This document shows, piece by piece, positions 1-8,048 of a stretch of DNA of 40,754 nucleotides. This DNA comes from a virus. Location of the stretch: UHGV virus genome UHGV-1365945; one strand, 5' to 3'. Numbering within the stretch: position 1 is the stretch's first letter; every line of letters starts with the position of its first letter. Position numbers and translations under genes: made by a program. A model generated the notes under the pieces. That model had not been told where the DNA came from. It searched no databases and worked only from the letters and a program-made list of their open reading frames with translations.

Positions 1-43
1 ACTAAGCAAGTGCCGCCATGTGTCTGAATTATAGTTGATGTCA

Positions 44-66
44 AAGGCTTTAAGCCTTTTTTTATT
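44..66 (+). terminator. Rho-independent terminator-like hairpin (AAAGGCTT-t-AAGCCTTT followed by TTTTTT), probably terminating a flanking host gene
   Basis: Perfect 8-bp stem with a single-nucleotide loop, followed by a T run. Confidence 0.5.
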
Positions 67-81
67 TGTTTTGAATTAAAA

Positions 82-101
82 AAGGGGCACGAAAGGGGCA
101 A
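82..101. repeat. attL candidate core: AAGGGGCACGAAAGGGGCAA, a direct repeat of 40631-40650
   Basis: 18/20 identity to the right-end copy AAGGGGCAAAAAAGGGGCAA. It sits immediately beside the integrase stop codon at 102-104. Confidence 0.55.
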
Positions 102-1238
102 TTACTTGCCATATTTATTTAGAGCTTCTACCAGATTTGTTTTAGCTTTTTTTGTAACATGAGTATAAATTTTTAAAGTTGTTTCCGTGTCAACGTGGCC
201 TACACGTTCCATTATTGCTTTTACTGGTACATTTAATTCTGCAAGTAGTGAAATATGAGAATGTCTAAAAATATGACTTGATATAGTTTTGTTTATTTTA
301 TTTTTACCTAGACTTTCATTAGCTTTCTTTAGAGAGGCATTAAATGAATTAACTTGAATTGGTTTGCCCGTTTTGCCAACAAATAGATAATTTGTTTGCT
401 CTTTGAATTTTATTTCTCTTTCTAAAATTAACTCTTCGATTATTTTCACAGCTCTATTTGATAATTCTACTTTCCTGAATGATGCTAGAGTTTTAGGTAA
501 TTCTTTTGTAGCGTTTTTATAACCGTTAGAATAATCCAGAGTTCCATTAACTAAAATAGCATGTTCATTTTTTACATAATCATTTATAGTAAGACTAATT
601 GCTTCACCAGCTCTTAATCCAGTTAAATACATAAACTCTGCTAAACGACCATGATGGACACTTTGAAATGTAGAATAATAATAGTTTAATAATTGATAAA
701 CCTCTTTCTCTTCGAGGTATTTACTTTCTATATTTTCAAAATTTTCTTTTGTTAGTGGGGGTTTAACAACTTTCACTCTATTGATAGGATTTTCATCAAT
801 CATTCCCATGTCTTGTGCATAAGTGAAGGACATGTTAAGCACACTTTTGAATTTTTTCTTATACTCCCAAGAATGCGGTAAATCATTAATAAAGTCTTGG
901 AAAAATTTTGTATCTGTGTTTCTTATGAGTACATCAACATTCATATTGGAAAATATATATTTTAAAATTTTTCCGTAAGCTTTAACTGATGTTTTCCTAA
1001 TAGATAATTGATGTTGTTGCCACCAGCTATTTAAGAGATTCTCTAATGATACTTTTTGTTGATCTTTTTTCTCCATTCGATTATTAATCTTATCCTGTAA
1101 TTCCATCATCGCTTGTTTTTTTGCTTGGTTAGACTTCGAATTAAGTGTAACTGAAACACGTCGATATTTTTCCGTGTACGGATCTTTATATCGCTCAAAG
1201 TATTTAAATTTTCCATTAGGAAGTTCCTCGATCCACAA
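102..1238 (-). CDS. int: Tyrosine-type site-specific integrase (phage integrase family)
   Basis: C-terminal catalytic region contains the R...HxxR...Y pattern (FRHSHISLLAE...LKIYTHV). The N-terminus has the typical WIEELPNGKF motif. A TTG start at 1238 preceded by AAAGGAG 8 nt upstream is preferred over the upstream ATG of the listed ORF (1406). Confidence 0.9.
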   Translation of the reverse strand: MWIEELPNGKFKYFERYKDPYTEKYRRVSVTLNSKSNQAKKQAMMELQDKINNRMEKKDQQKVSLENLLNSWWQQHQLSIRKTSVKAYGKILKYIFSNMNVDVLIRNTDTKFFQDFINDLPHSWEYKKKFKSVLNMSFTYAQDMGMIDENPINRVKVVKPPLTKENFENIESKYLEEKEVYQLLNYYYSTFQSVHHGRLAEFMYLTGLRAGEAISLTINDYVKNEHAILVNGTLDYSNGYKNATKELPKTLASFRKVELSNRAVKIIEELILEREIKFKEQTNYLFVGKTGKPIQVNSFNASLKKANESLGKNKINKTISSHIFRHSHISLLAELNVPVKAIMERVGHVDTETTLKIYTHVTKKAKTNLVEALNKYGK

Positions 1239-1305
1239 TGTTAAAACTCCTTTCGAATGTATGTTCTCAAGTATTGAAAAAAGAAAAGCCCGAAGGCCAT
1301 TCCTT

Positions 1306-1515
1306 TTACTTAAACAAATCCCAAAAGCTAAAAGTTGTTTTATTATATACTTTATTATACATAGCTTTCTTGGGGTTCTTAATGAAACCAGTTCCTTTTT
1401 GCCCATAACCAGGAATTACTGCTTTTTTAAGCTTACGTTTAGCTTTTCCAGTAGTACGAGCACTTATTGATTTTTTTATACTTGGTTTACGCATTCCTAC
1501 TTTCATGTAAAACAC
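1306..1515 (-). CDS. Small lysine-rich basic protein (69 aa) of unknown function; a possible DNA-binding accessory or recombination directionality factor is speculative
   Basis: ORF lying between the lipoprotein gene and int on the same strand, with a highly basic composition. It partly overlaps the extended int ORF but not the preferred int start. Confidence 0.35.
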   Translation of the reverse strand: MFYMKVGMRKPSIKKSISARTTGKAKRKLKKAVIPGYGQKGTGFIKNPKKAMYNKVYNKTTFSFWDLFK

Positions 1516-1521
1516 GTCCTT

Positions 1522-2406
1522 TTATATATTATTTAAAGCATAAGTTATTTCTGAATCGGTAAAACCTTCATATGACAACTGGTCTTTTAATTTTTCTTTA
1601 GAGATATCCATACTTTCCATATACTCTTTAGCCTTATTTACCGCTTGCTTATTCCAATTGGTAGATATATTTTCTACTGCAAAGTTTGCTGCTTCATCAG
1701 AAAATTTTTCATACTGAAGTTGTTTATATAAGCTAATTTTTGAAAAAGAGCTGTGGTTAATATACTCTTCAGCTTTTATCTTTGCGTTTGTGTATTCCAG
1801 AGGAACTTTACTAGATTGCGAGGAAGAAGCAGTTGTTTCTTGCGCCTTTTTATCCTTACCAGCTAGTACATCTGCTAATAATTCGTCTAAATCATTACTA
1901 TTTAAATCATTGTTAAAAACAAAAGTGACAAATTTATTATCATCTATTGAATTTTCAGATTTACTAGTATATTTTTTTGAATTATCTGGAATACTATTTT
2001 CTAAAACAAGAATTAAATCATCAAACTTTTTTTCTACTACGCTATTTGCAAGTCTCATAGTAGAAAAAATGGTTAGCGCAGAAGGCTGTTTTTCATCGGT
2101 TTTTGTGAACAAAGCAAAAGCAATCGGTGATAAACTTTCTTTAAATATTTCAACTTTTAGATTTTTTGATGTCAGATAGGAATCATACTTATTAGTAAGT
2201 TCATATTTACTTTCGGTCAATTCATTTAAATTAGATTCTATTACTTTTTTTGAATCTATTCCCAATTTATTTTCAGGTATTTTGGTAGTTTGTTTTTTTT
2301 CATGGGTTTCCGCTTCTTTTGTTTTATCATCGTTACCACTGGCACTACAACCTGATATAAAAATAATAGGTAGTAGTAGTGAAGTTAAAATAACCCTTTT
2401 TTTCAT
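1522..2406 (-). CDS. Prophage-encoded lipoprotein (294 aa)
   Basis: Signal peptide MKKRVILTSLLLPIIFISGC with lipobox ISGC. It sits between int and the repressor, the position occupied by Ltp-type superinfection-exclusion lipoproteins. Confidence 0.75.
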   Translation of the reverse strand: MKKRVILTSLLLPIIFISGCSASGNDDKTKEAETHEKKQTTKIPENKLGIDSKKVIESNLNELTESKYELTNKYDSYLTSKNLKVEIFKESLSPIAFALFTKTDEKQPSALTIFSTMRLANSVVEKKFDDLILVLENSIPDNSKKYTSKSENSIDDNKFVTFVFNNDLNSNDLDELLADVLAGKDKKAQETTASSSQSSKVPLEYTNAKIKAEEYINHSSFSKISLYKQLQYEKFSDEAANFAVENISTNWNKQAVNKAKEYMESMDISKEKLKDQLSYEGFTDSEITYALNNI

Positions 2407-2465
2407 TTTTAAAACTCCCCATTTCTGATATAATGTATTTATTGAATAATTCTCATAAATGAGGA

Positions 2466-2490
2466 AAGAGTTCCGTGTTGTAGCACGGGA
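2466..2490. terminator. Hairpin CCGTG-ttgtag-CACGG with a flanking T run, between the ImmA-like and lipoprotein genes
   Basis: 5-bp stem plus a T tract on the plus strand. A likely transcript boundary. Confidence 0.3.
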
Positions 2491-2495
2491 CTTTT

Positions 2496-2969
2496 TTATT
2501 GTAAATTTGTATTTAAAATCATGACTGACAAATCATTAAACTCAAAAATTCTTCCTTTATAAAAATGGGTATCACCAAATTTTTGACGATAATAGGCGAG
2601 TACATTTTTTAGCGTTTCAACGTCTACCCCTAAAAATTCAGCGCACGTGTAATGATTACTGAATCCTGATTCTGAACACTTAATTAAATCATCTAAAGTG
2701 ACTAATTGTTCTAAAGCATATTGTCTAGCTTTTAATTCTTGTTTGCGGTTTTCTAAACAATCCTGGTTTAATATATCGCCAAACGAAGTATCATGGTGAC
2801 CAAGTTCTTCAGCTAGCACATTTCTTTTTTCAACTAGACTCAACGATTTTTCAATATAAATTCTACCATCACGGTACAACCCATAGCATCCAGTATTTTG
2901 AAACAAATCTGTTTCAATAACTGGTGCTTTTTTCTGTACCTCTGACACCAACAGTTCATATTCGTTCAT
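2496..2969 (-). CDS. ImmA/IrrE-family protein (putative anti-repressor metalloprotease) with a degenerate zinc motif
   Basis: Contains an EELGHH motif. It lies immediately downstream of the cI-like repressor gene, the immR-immA arrangement. Start moved to the ATG at 2969, which has AGGAG 6 nt upstream; the 17-bp gap to the repressor stop suggests one operon. The first His of HEXXH is replaced by Glu (EELGH). Confidence 0.6.
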   Translation of the reverse strand: MNEYELLVSEVQKKAPVIETDLFQNTGCYGLYRDGRIYIEKSLSLVEKRNVLAEELGHHDTSFGDILNQDCLENRKQELKARQYALEQLVTLDDLIKCSESGFSNHYTCAEFLGVDVETLKNVLAYYRQKFGDTHFYKGRIFEFNDLSVMILNTNLQ

Positions 2970-2985
2970 AAAATACTCCTGAAAA

Positions 2986-3558
2986 TTATTCTTTATCATC
3001 TGATTCATCATCAAAAAGATGTTTACATTCTTTTTGCTTCCTATTATAATCAGCATCCACTTTATCTAGAAATTGATTGATTTTAAGTTTCTCTTCATCA
3101 GTAAATACTTTATCAGGGTCTGGTGAATGCGCAGCTAAAGTATCATATTTTTTCTTGTTAATGTTAACCACATTATTAGAAGCTTTGTTTTGTTTTTCTA
3201 AATGAGACTTAGCTTCGTTATATATAAGCTGTTGGAGCTTGGGTTCTAACTGGTTGAATATAGGTACTATGTCGAAGTCATTTTTTTCACTAGATCTTTG
3301 TTCGTCAGGGATTCTTTTTTTAGAGACATCAAACCCCATTAGCCATGCTTCGTTAACATCTAAAGTTTTTGACAGAAGATAAATTCTATTTTGGTCAGGT
3401 GATTGCTTTCCAGTTACATATTGTGACAAAGTACTTTTACTCATTTTTATATTTAATTCTTTTTGATATGGTTCTGACAAACGCAGAATATCAACTTGTT
3501 TTAAATTGCGCTCACTCATAAGTTGCTTTAGACGAGCAGATGTTTTAACTCTATCCAT
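2986..3558 (-). CDS. cI-like phage repressor, XRE-family HTH (190 aa), with no S24 peptidase domain
   Basis: N-terminal HTH (LKQLMSERNLKQVDILRLSEPYQKELNIKMSKSTLSQYVTGKQSPDQNRIYLLSKTLDVNEAWLMG). Transcribed divergently from the cro-like gene. RBS GGAGGTG precedes it. Confidence 0.85.
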   Translation of the reverse strand: MDRVKTSARLKQLMSERNLKQVDILRLSEPYQKELNIKMSKSTLSQYVTGKQSPDQNRIYLLSKTLDVNEAWLMGFDVSKKRIPDEQRSSEKNDFDIVPIFNQLEPKLQQLIYNEAKSHLEKQNKASNNVVNINKKKYDTLAAHSPDPDKVFTDEEKLKINQFLDKVDADYNRKQKECKHLFDDESDDKE

Positions 3559-3716
3559 TGGTACACCTCCTTATAGATTTAAGTATACAAGATATTGAAT
3601 ATATCTTCAACGAAAAAATTCATGAATCATGAACTTTTTCGTTGACATTAAGAAATGAACAATGTATTATATGGTTATAAAGTTCATGTTCATGAACTTA
3701 GAGGAGGTGTTTGTAA
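3559..3716. promoter_or_regulatory. Genetic-switch region with divergent promoters (repressor promoter -35 TTGAAG / -10 TATACT; cro promoter -35 TTGACA 3642-3647 / -10 TATTAT 3665-3670) and palindromic operators
   Basis: Operator-like palindromes TTCATGAAtcATGAA (3619-3633) and AGTTCATGttCATGAACT (3681-3698), plus a half-site GAAATGAACA. Both spacers are 17 nt. The second operator lies between the -10 and the cro RBS. Confidence 0.7.
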
Positions 3717-3950
3717 ATGTGCTATGATTACTCAAAATTAGCAGGAAGAATTGTTGAAAAGTTTGGAACTCAATATAATTTTGCTATCGCAATGGGATTG
3801 TCGGAGAGAACAATATCATTGAAAATGAACGGGAAAGTCTCTTGGAAAGACACTGAAATTACGAAAGCTTGCAAATTGCTAGACTTGGAAACAAATTTTA
3901 TTCATTTATATTTTTTTAAAGAGAAAGTTCACGTTTGTGAACAAAGGTAG
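3717..3950 (+). CDS. Cro-like small HTH regulator (77 aa)
   Basis: First gene transcribed divergently from the repressor. RBS GAGGAGG. HTH-like segment NFAIAMGLSERTISLKMNGK. Confidence 0.65.
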   Translation: MCYDYSKLAGRIVEKFGTQYNFAIAMGLSERTISLKMNGKVSWKDTEITKACKLLDLETNFIHLYFFKEKVHVCEQR

Positions 3951-3982
3951 TTTTGGAAGTATACAAATGAAAAAGGAAAAGT

Positions 3983-3998
3983 GTTCCATTAATGGAAC
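3983..3998. promoter_or_regulatory. Perfect 16-bp palindrome GTTCCATTAATGGAAC between the cro-like and antirepressor genes
   Basis: Exact palindrome. A possible operator or attenuator controlling ant. Confidence 0.35.
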
Positions 3999-4031
3999 GA
4001 AAGACAACCAGAATAGAAGGGATGAAATCAT

Positions 4032-4751
4032 ATGAACGAACTAATTAAAGTTACAACAAATGAAAATGATGAACAGTTAGTTAACGGTAGAGAGTTATAT
4101 GAATTTCTGGGAGTTAAAGATAATTATACTGATTGGTTTAAACGAATGATTAAATACGGGTTTGATGAAAACGTTGATTTTATCAGTTTCTCGGAAAAAT
4201 CCGATAAACCTTTTGGTGGTCGCCCACAAGTAAATCATTATGTGAAACTAGACATGGCTAAGGAAATTTCAATGCTACAACGTACCGAAAGAGGAAAGCA
4301 AGCTCGTAGATATTTTATTCAACTAGAAAAGTTTTGGAATAGCCCAGAAATGGTGACTAAACGAGCTCTTGAATTTCAACAGAAAAAAATAGAAGTATTA
4401 CAACTAGAAAATGAATCATTAAAACCTAAAGCATTATTTGCAGATGCCGTTGATGCAAGTAAGACTTCCATTTTAATCGGTGACCTAGCTAAGCTAATCA
4501 AGCAAAACGGCATCGACATTGGGCAGAATCGTTTATTCCAATGGCTGCGAGACAATGGGTATCTAATTGCTCGAAAAGGTGAAAGCTACAATATGCCAAC
4601 CCAGCGGTCACTTGATTTGGGAATTGCGGAAATCAAGGAACGAACCCATAACAATCCAGATGGAAGTATTCGAATTAGTCGAACGCCGAAAATTACTGGT
4701 AAAGGGCAAATATATTTTGTTAACAAGTTCTTACATGACAAGACAGCATAG
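4032..4751 (+). CDS. ant: Phage antirepressor (AntA/Bro-N-like N-terminus plus KilA-C C-terminal domain)
   Basis: N-terminal LVNGRELYEFLGV...DWFKRMIKYGF... and C-terminal KilAC-like ALFADAVDASKTSILIGDLAKLIKQNGIDIGQNRLFQWLRDNGYLI. Confidence 0.8.
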   Translation: MNELIKVTTNENDEQLVNGRELYEFLGVKDNYTDWFKRMIKYGFDENVDFISFSEKSDKPFGGRPQVNHYVKLDMAKEISMLQRTERGKQARRYFIQLEKFWNSPEMVTKRALEFQQKKIEVLQLENESLKPKALFADAVDASKTSILIGDLAKLIKQNGIDIGQNRLFQWLRDNGYLIARKGESYNMPTQRSLDLGIAEIKERTHNNPDGSIRISRTPKITGKGQIYFVNKFLHDKTA

Positions 4752-4766
4752 AAAGGAGATGTCTAC

Positions 4767-5015
4767 ATGCAAATCACACTAGCAAAGACTATCGATTTAC
4801 AGCAAGCTTGGATGGCAAAAGATGAAGCAATTGTTTATTTTGGCTATCAGCATCACAAACCAACCTTTCAAAAACTTCTGAGAGAGTTTAAGGAACATAA
4901 AAAATTTAAAGATGGATATAGACTCGTTACATCATGCATGCCAATTATCCACATTCAGAAATTTGATGAATTTTTGGTTTGGCGGGAAAAAAACAAGTAT
5001 AAGCGAAATAAATAG
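4767..5015 (+). CDS. Hypothetical early protein (82 aa)
   Basis: ORF in the early operon with RBS GGAGATG upstream. Confidence 0.45.
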   Translation: MQITLAKTIDLQQAWMAKDEAIVYFGYQHHKPTFQKLLREFKEHKKFKDGYRLVTSCMPIIHIQKFDEFLVWREKNKYKRNK

Positions 5016-5036
5016 ACGTTATAGGAGGTAAGTAAT

Positions 5037-5210
5037 ATGAGAAAAATTTATAACTTAAGAAGAATTGCAGTATTGCTCATTGTTTTCGGATTGGGTTTGC
5101 TAGTTGGTGGAAACTTTAATCCAATTATCCAAAATGTGTATATAGGCTTATTCATCATTTGGACACTGTTTTATGATCTGGCACTTGAAGATAGAGAGGT
5201 TAAGAAATGA
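5037..5210 (+). CDS. Small membrane protein (~57 aa, MRKIYNLRRIAVLLIVFGLGLLVGG...)
   Basis: ATG with RBS GGAGG upstream. Two hydrophobic segments. Absent from the ORF track because of its size. Confidence 0.35.
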   Translation: MRKIYNLRRIAVLLIVFGLGLLVGGNFNPIIQNVYIGLFIIWTLFYDLALEDREVKK

Positions 5211-5529
5211 CTAGGAAAGACAAACTACAGCAAACCAAAAAACTTGCTGATTTATGGTACCAGCAACAAAAAAATCAGATATATATAGCGCAACAAAAAG
5301 AGAGAAGAGGGATTTAGATGTTTCAAGCGGTTGGTAAAGATAGTTTGAAAATTTACGTGGTTGAGGACACGAAAGCTCTGGTATTTCAAAAGCTGAAAGA
5401 AAAATATCCAGACACTGCGATAAATAAGGCAGTATTTCCAGAAGCGTTATTTATCCAAGAAACAAAAAAGTGACTTCCGCCGGCAAGCAAAAAGTCACAA
5501 ACAAAATTAATTGATAGGAGAATTATAGC

Positions 5530-5775
5530 ATGAGAGTGGAAGTGGATTCAATGCAAAGAATTGTCTTAATTGATAATCATTCACCTTATGGATCACTGAT
5601 TTTTGAAAAGGATGCTATTAATAATCATGTTGCTGTTTACCAAGATAGCGAAGATGAAGAAGTTAGAACAGTATTCGAAAGTTTAGATGAAAGTGCTTAT
5701 TTTAAAAAAATTGAATTAATTGAAGGGCTAGAAAAAGTTCTTTCATTGTTGAAAGAGGAGGAACAAAATGAATAA
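5530..5775 (+). CDS. Hypothetical acidic early protein (81 aa)
   Basis: RBS GGAGAA upstream. Overlaps the ERF gene start. Confidence 0.45.
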   Translation: MRVEVDSMQRIVLIDNHSPYGSLIFEKDAINNHVAVYQDSEDEEVRTVFESLDESAYFKKIELIEGLEKVLSLLKEEEQNE

Positions 5776-6445
5776 TTGCAGTGAAAATTTAGAAAAACTT
5801 TTTGATGGGATGTATAAGCTGAAAAGCAAATTAATCCAACCAAAATTTGACGCAGAAGTGGCCTACTCAACGAAAAAAGGTGGAATGAATTTCCAATATG
5901 CAACTCTTAAAGCGATTGAAGAAGCAATTAGAAAAGCTGCACAAGAATCAGAAAGCGGAATTGATTTCCAACAAAATGTCGTCAATGAGAATAATGCGTT
6001 AAAAGTCACAACAATTATTACTCACGTTAGTGGTCAATATATAGTTCATGGACCTTTTGAATTTCCAAACAGCGGGACAAATCCTCAAGGATTAGGAAGT
6101 TTAACGACATATGCAAGACGTTACTCGCTTTCGGCAGCGTTTGGAATTGCAGCAGATAAAGACGACGATGGCCAAACGGCAGCTGAAAAGAACAATGATA
6201 CATCGAAAGTTAATTTGATTAGCGGTAAACAGTTAGCCACGTTAAACGATCATATCAGACAACTTTCTGAGTTATCGAATTCTGAACTTGACTATGTGCG
6301 GAATGAACTAAGTAAAGAATTGAATGTTGATGTCAATGAAAACATGCCGTCTAGTATGTTCAATAAAGCTGTTGAAGTTCTGAAACAATGGATACAACAA
6401 TTCCAGCCACAACCAGAAGAAAACATTACATGGGGGCAAAGCTAA
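5768..6445 (+). CDS. erf: ERF-family single-strand annealing (recombination) protein
   Basis: Conserved ERF motifs (NFQYATLKAIEEAI..., YARRYSLSAAFGIA). Confidence 0.8.
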   Translation: MNNCSENLEKLFDGMYKLKSKLIQPKFDAEVAYSTKKGGMNFQYATLKAIEEAIRKAAQESESGIDFQQNVVNENNALKVTTIITHVSGQYIVHGPFEFPNSGTNPQGLGSLTTYARRYSLSAAFGIAADKDDDGQTAAEKNNDTSKVNLISGKQLATLNDHIRQLSELSNSELDYVRNELSKELNVDVNENMPSSMFNKAVEVLKQWIQQFQPQPEENITWGQS

Positions 6446-7368
6446 TGACAAACGAATTAACAACAGAATTGCAGTTTAATGTTGATTTTAAAGCTAGTAA
6501 AATCACTATCCAAAATGAAGCACAGTTGTCTGAGATGGTTGAGAGCGCAGTTAAGCACTATTCAACAATGATTTTCACAGATGAAAACATTCCTGAAGCT
6601 AAAAAAGCAAGAGCAGACTTAAATAAAGTTGTAACGTTGCTAGATGATCAACGTAAAGAAGTTAAAAATCAATATGATAAGCCGTTAAAAGATTTTGAGG
6701 AAAAAATAAAAAAATATACTGAAAAAATAAGTGAAGTTAGTTCAGAAATTAACGAAAGCATCAAATCATACGAAGAAGCAGAGAAGCAGAAACGAAGCAA
6801 AAAGCTTCAAAAAGTGATTGCTGAAATGTCTGAAAACTACAATGTATCCATTGACGAAATTGAAATTGCTAGTTCGTGGACTAATAAAACAGCTTTCACA
6901 GTTAAAGGTGAACCAAATAAGAAAACTATTGAGGAAATAGCGGCATCGATGGTAGCAGTTGCATCTGAAAAAGAACGTATAAAAAACGATAAGCTCATTG
7001 TTGAAAATTATGCTAAGGCAGTTGGCCTTGACTCGTTTTCTTGGGTCGCATTAATTGATAAAGGGTCTACTGCACCAGAGCTGATAAAAGAAATTGATTC
7101 CGCCGTTGCTTTAAAAAAAGAACAAGAAGAACGTGAAAGAGCAAAAAAAGAACACGACGAAGCCATTGCTGCTTTGAAAACTGAAACAATCAACAATAAA
7201 ACAGTTGACACTGCGACAGGCGAAATCATCACAGAAGAAGCGCCAAAAACCTGCAAAAAACAACAAGAGAAAACAGTTACGTTAAGACTAACAGCAGAAC
7301 ATCAAAAGTTAGTTGCTCTAAACAATTTTATTATTAATAACGGGATTCAAGTGGAAGTGATTGAATGA
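6445..7368 (+). CDS. Hypothetical coiled-coil protein of the recombination/replication module (~307 aa)
   Basis: Long ORF in the ERF frame. The start probably overlaps the erf stop (taATG at 6445) rather than the listed 6388. Confidence 0.5.
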   Translation: MTNELTTELQFNVDFKASKITIQNEAQLSEMVESAVKHYSTMIFTDENIPEAKKARADLNKVVTLLDDQRKEVKNQYDKPLKDFEEKIKKYTEKISEVSSEINESIKSYEEAEKQKRSKKLQKVIAEMSENYNVSIDEIEIASSWTNKTAFTVKGEPNKKTIEEIAASMVAVASEKERIKNDKLIVENYAKAVGLDSFSWVALIDKGSTAPELIKEIDSAVALKKEQEERERAKKEHDEAIAALKTETINNKTVDTATGEIITEEAPKTCKKQQEKTVTLRLTAEHQKLVALNNFIINNGIQVEVIE

Positions 7369-8045
7369 ACCTAAACAATGTTTATTCTGCTGTTATTAAG
7401 AGTTTGAAAAACAACTCAATAACAGCAGTAATAAACGAAGCAATAAATATTGAACGATTAAAAACCATGTATTTTGATTATACAGGGCCAAGAGAAGTTG
7501 AAATAAGATTTATTGATCCGAGAAAATTTAGTGTTGCCCAACGTCGATTTATCTTTGCAATGCTAGAGGACATATTCTCTTTCACAGGGCAAGAAACAGA
7601 AGTGTTAAAGGAAATGTTCTATCTCAGGTTTGAAGCGTTACAAGGCTATGAAATTAGCCTCAGAAACGACTCAACGAACACAATGGACGATGCAACCATT
7701 TTAGCGAACATTATCTTGAATTTCATCTTTGAAAATAATATTCCTTTCAAAAAAGGGTACGACATTTTACCAGCAAATCAAGAATATTACTTTTACAAAT
7801 GTATCACTAACCGAGTTTGTTGCATTTGTGGCAAAACTGGTGCAGATATTGACCATTTCGATAAAGCTCTAGGGCGTAGGAAAAGAAAAAGTGTGGACCA
7901 CACAGAATATACATTTGCTTCTTTATGCCGTTGTCATCATACGGAAAAACATGACATAGGAATAAAAGCATTTAAAGCTAAATATCATGTTAAAGGAATT
8001 AAATTAAATCAAGATACCATCAAAAAGTTAAACATAGGGGGTTAA
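7365..8045 (+). CDS. HNH-nuclease-motif protein (226 aa)
   Basis: C-terminal CxxC...DIDH...C.CHH..KH zinc/HNH signature (CICGKTGADIDHF...LCRCHHTEKHD). Confidence 0.55.
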   Translation: MNLNNVYSAVIKSLKNNSITAVINEAINIERLKTMYFDYTGPREVEIRFIDPRKFSVAQRRFIFAMLEDIFSFTGQETEVLKEMFYLRFEALQGYEISLRNDSTNTMDDATILANIILNFIFENNIPFKKGYDILPANQEYYFYKCITNRVCCICGKTGADIDHFDKALGRRKRKSVDHTEYTFASLCRCHHTEKHDIGIKAFKAKYHVKGIKLNQDTIKKLNIGG

Positions 8046-8048
8046 ACA

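Noticed and set aside
1174-2179. Plus-strand ORFs 1174..1470 and 1790..2179 antisense to the int and lipoprotein genes
   Set aside because: Antisense to strongly supported genes, no RBS, low-complexity translations.
6388-6444. Upstream ATG (6388) for the gene after erf
   Set aside because: It would overlap the erf 3' end by 57 nt in another frame. The ATG at 6445 overlaps the erf stop (taATG), the common coupling arrangement, so 6445 is preferred, though this is not certain.
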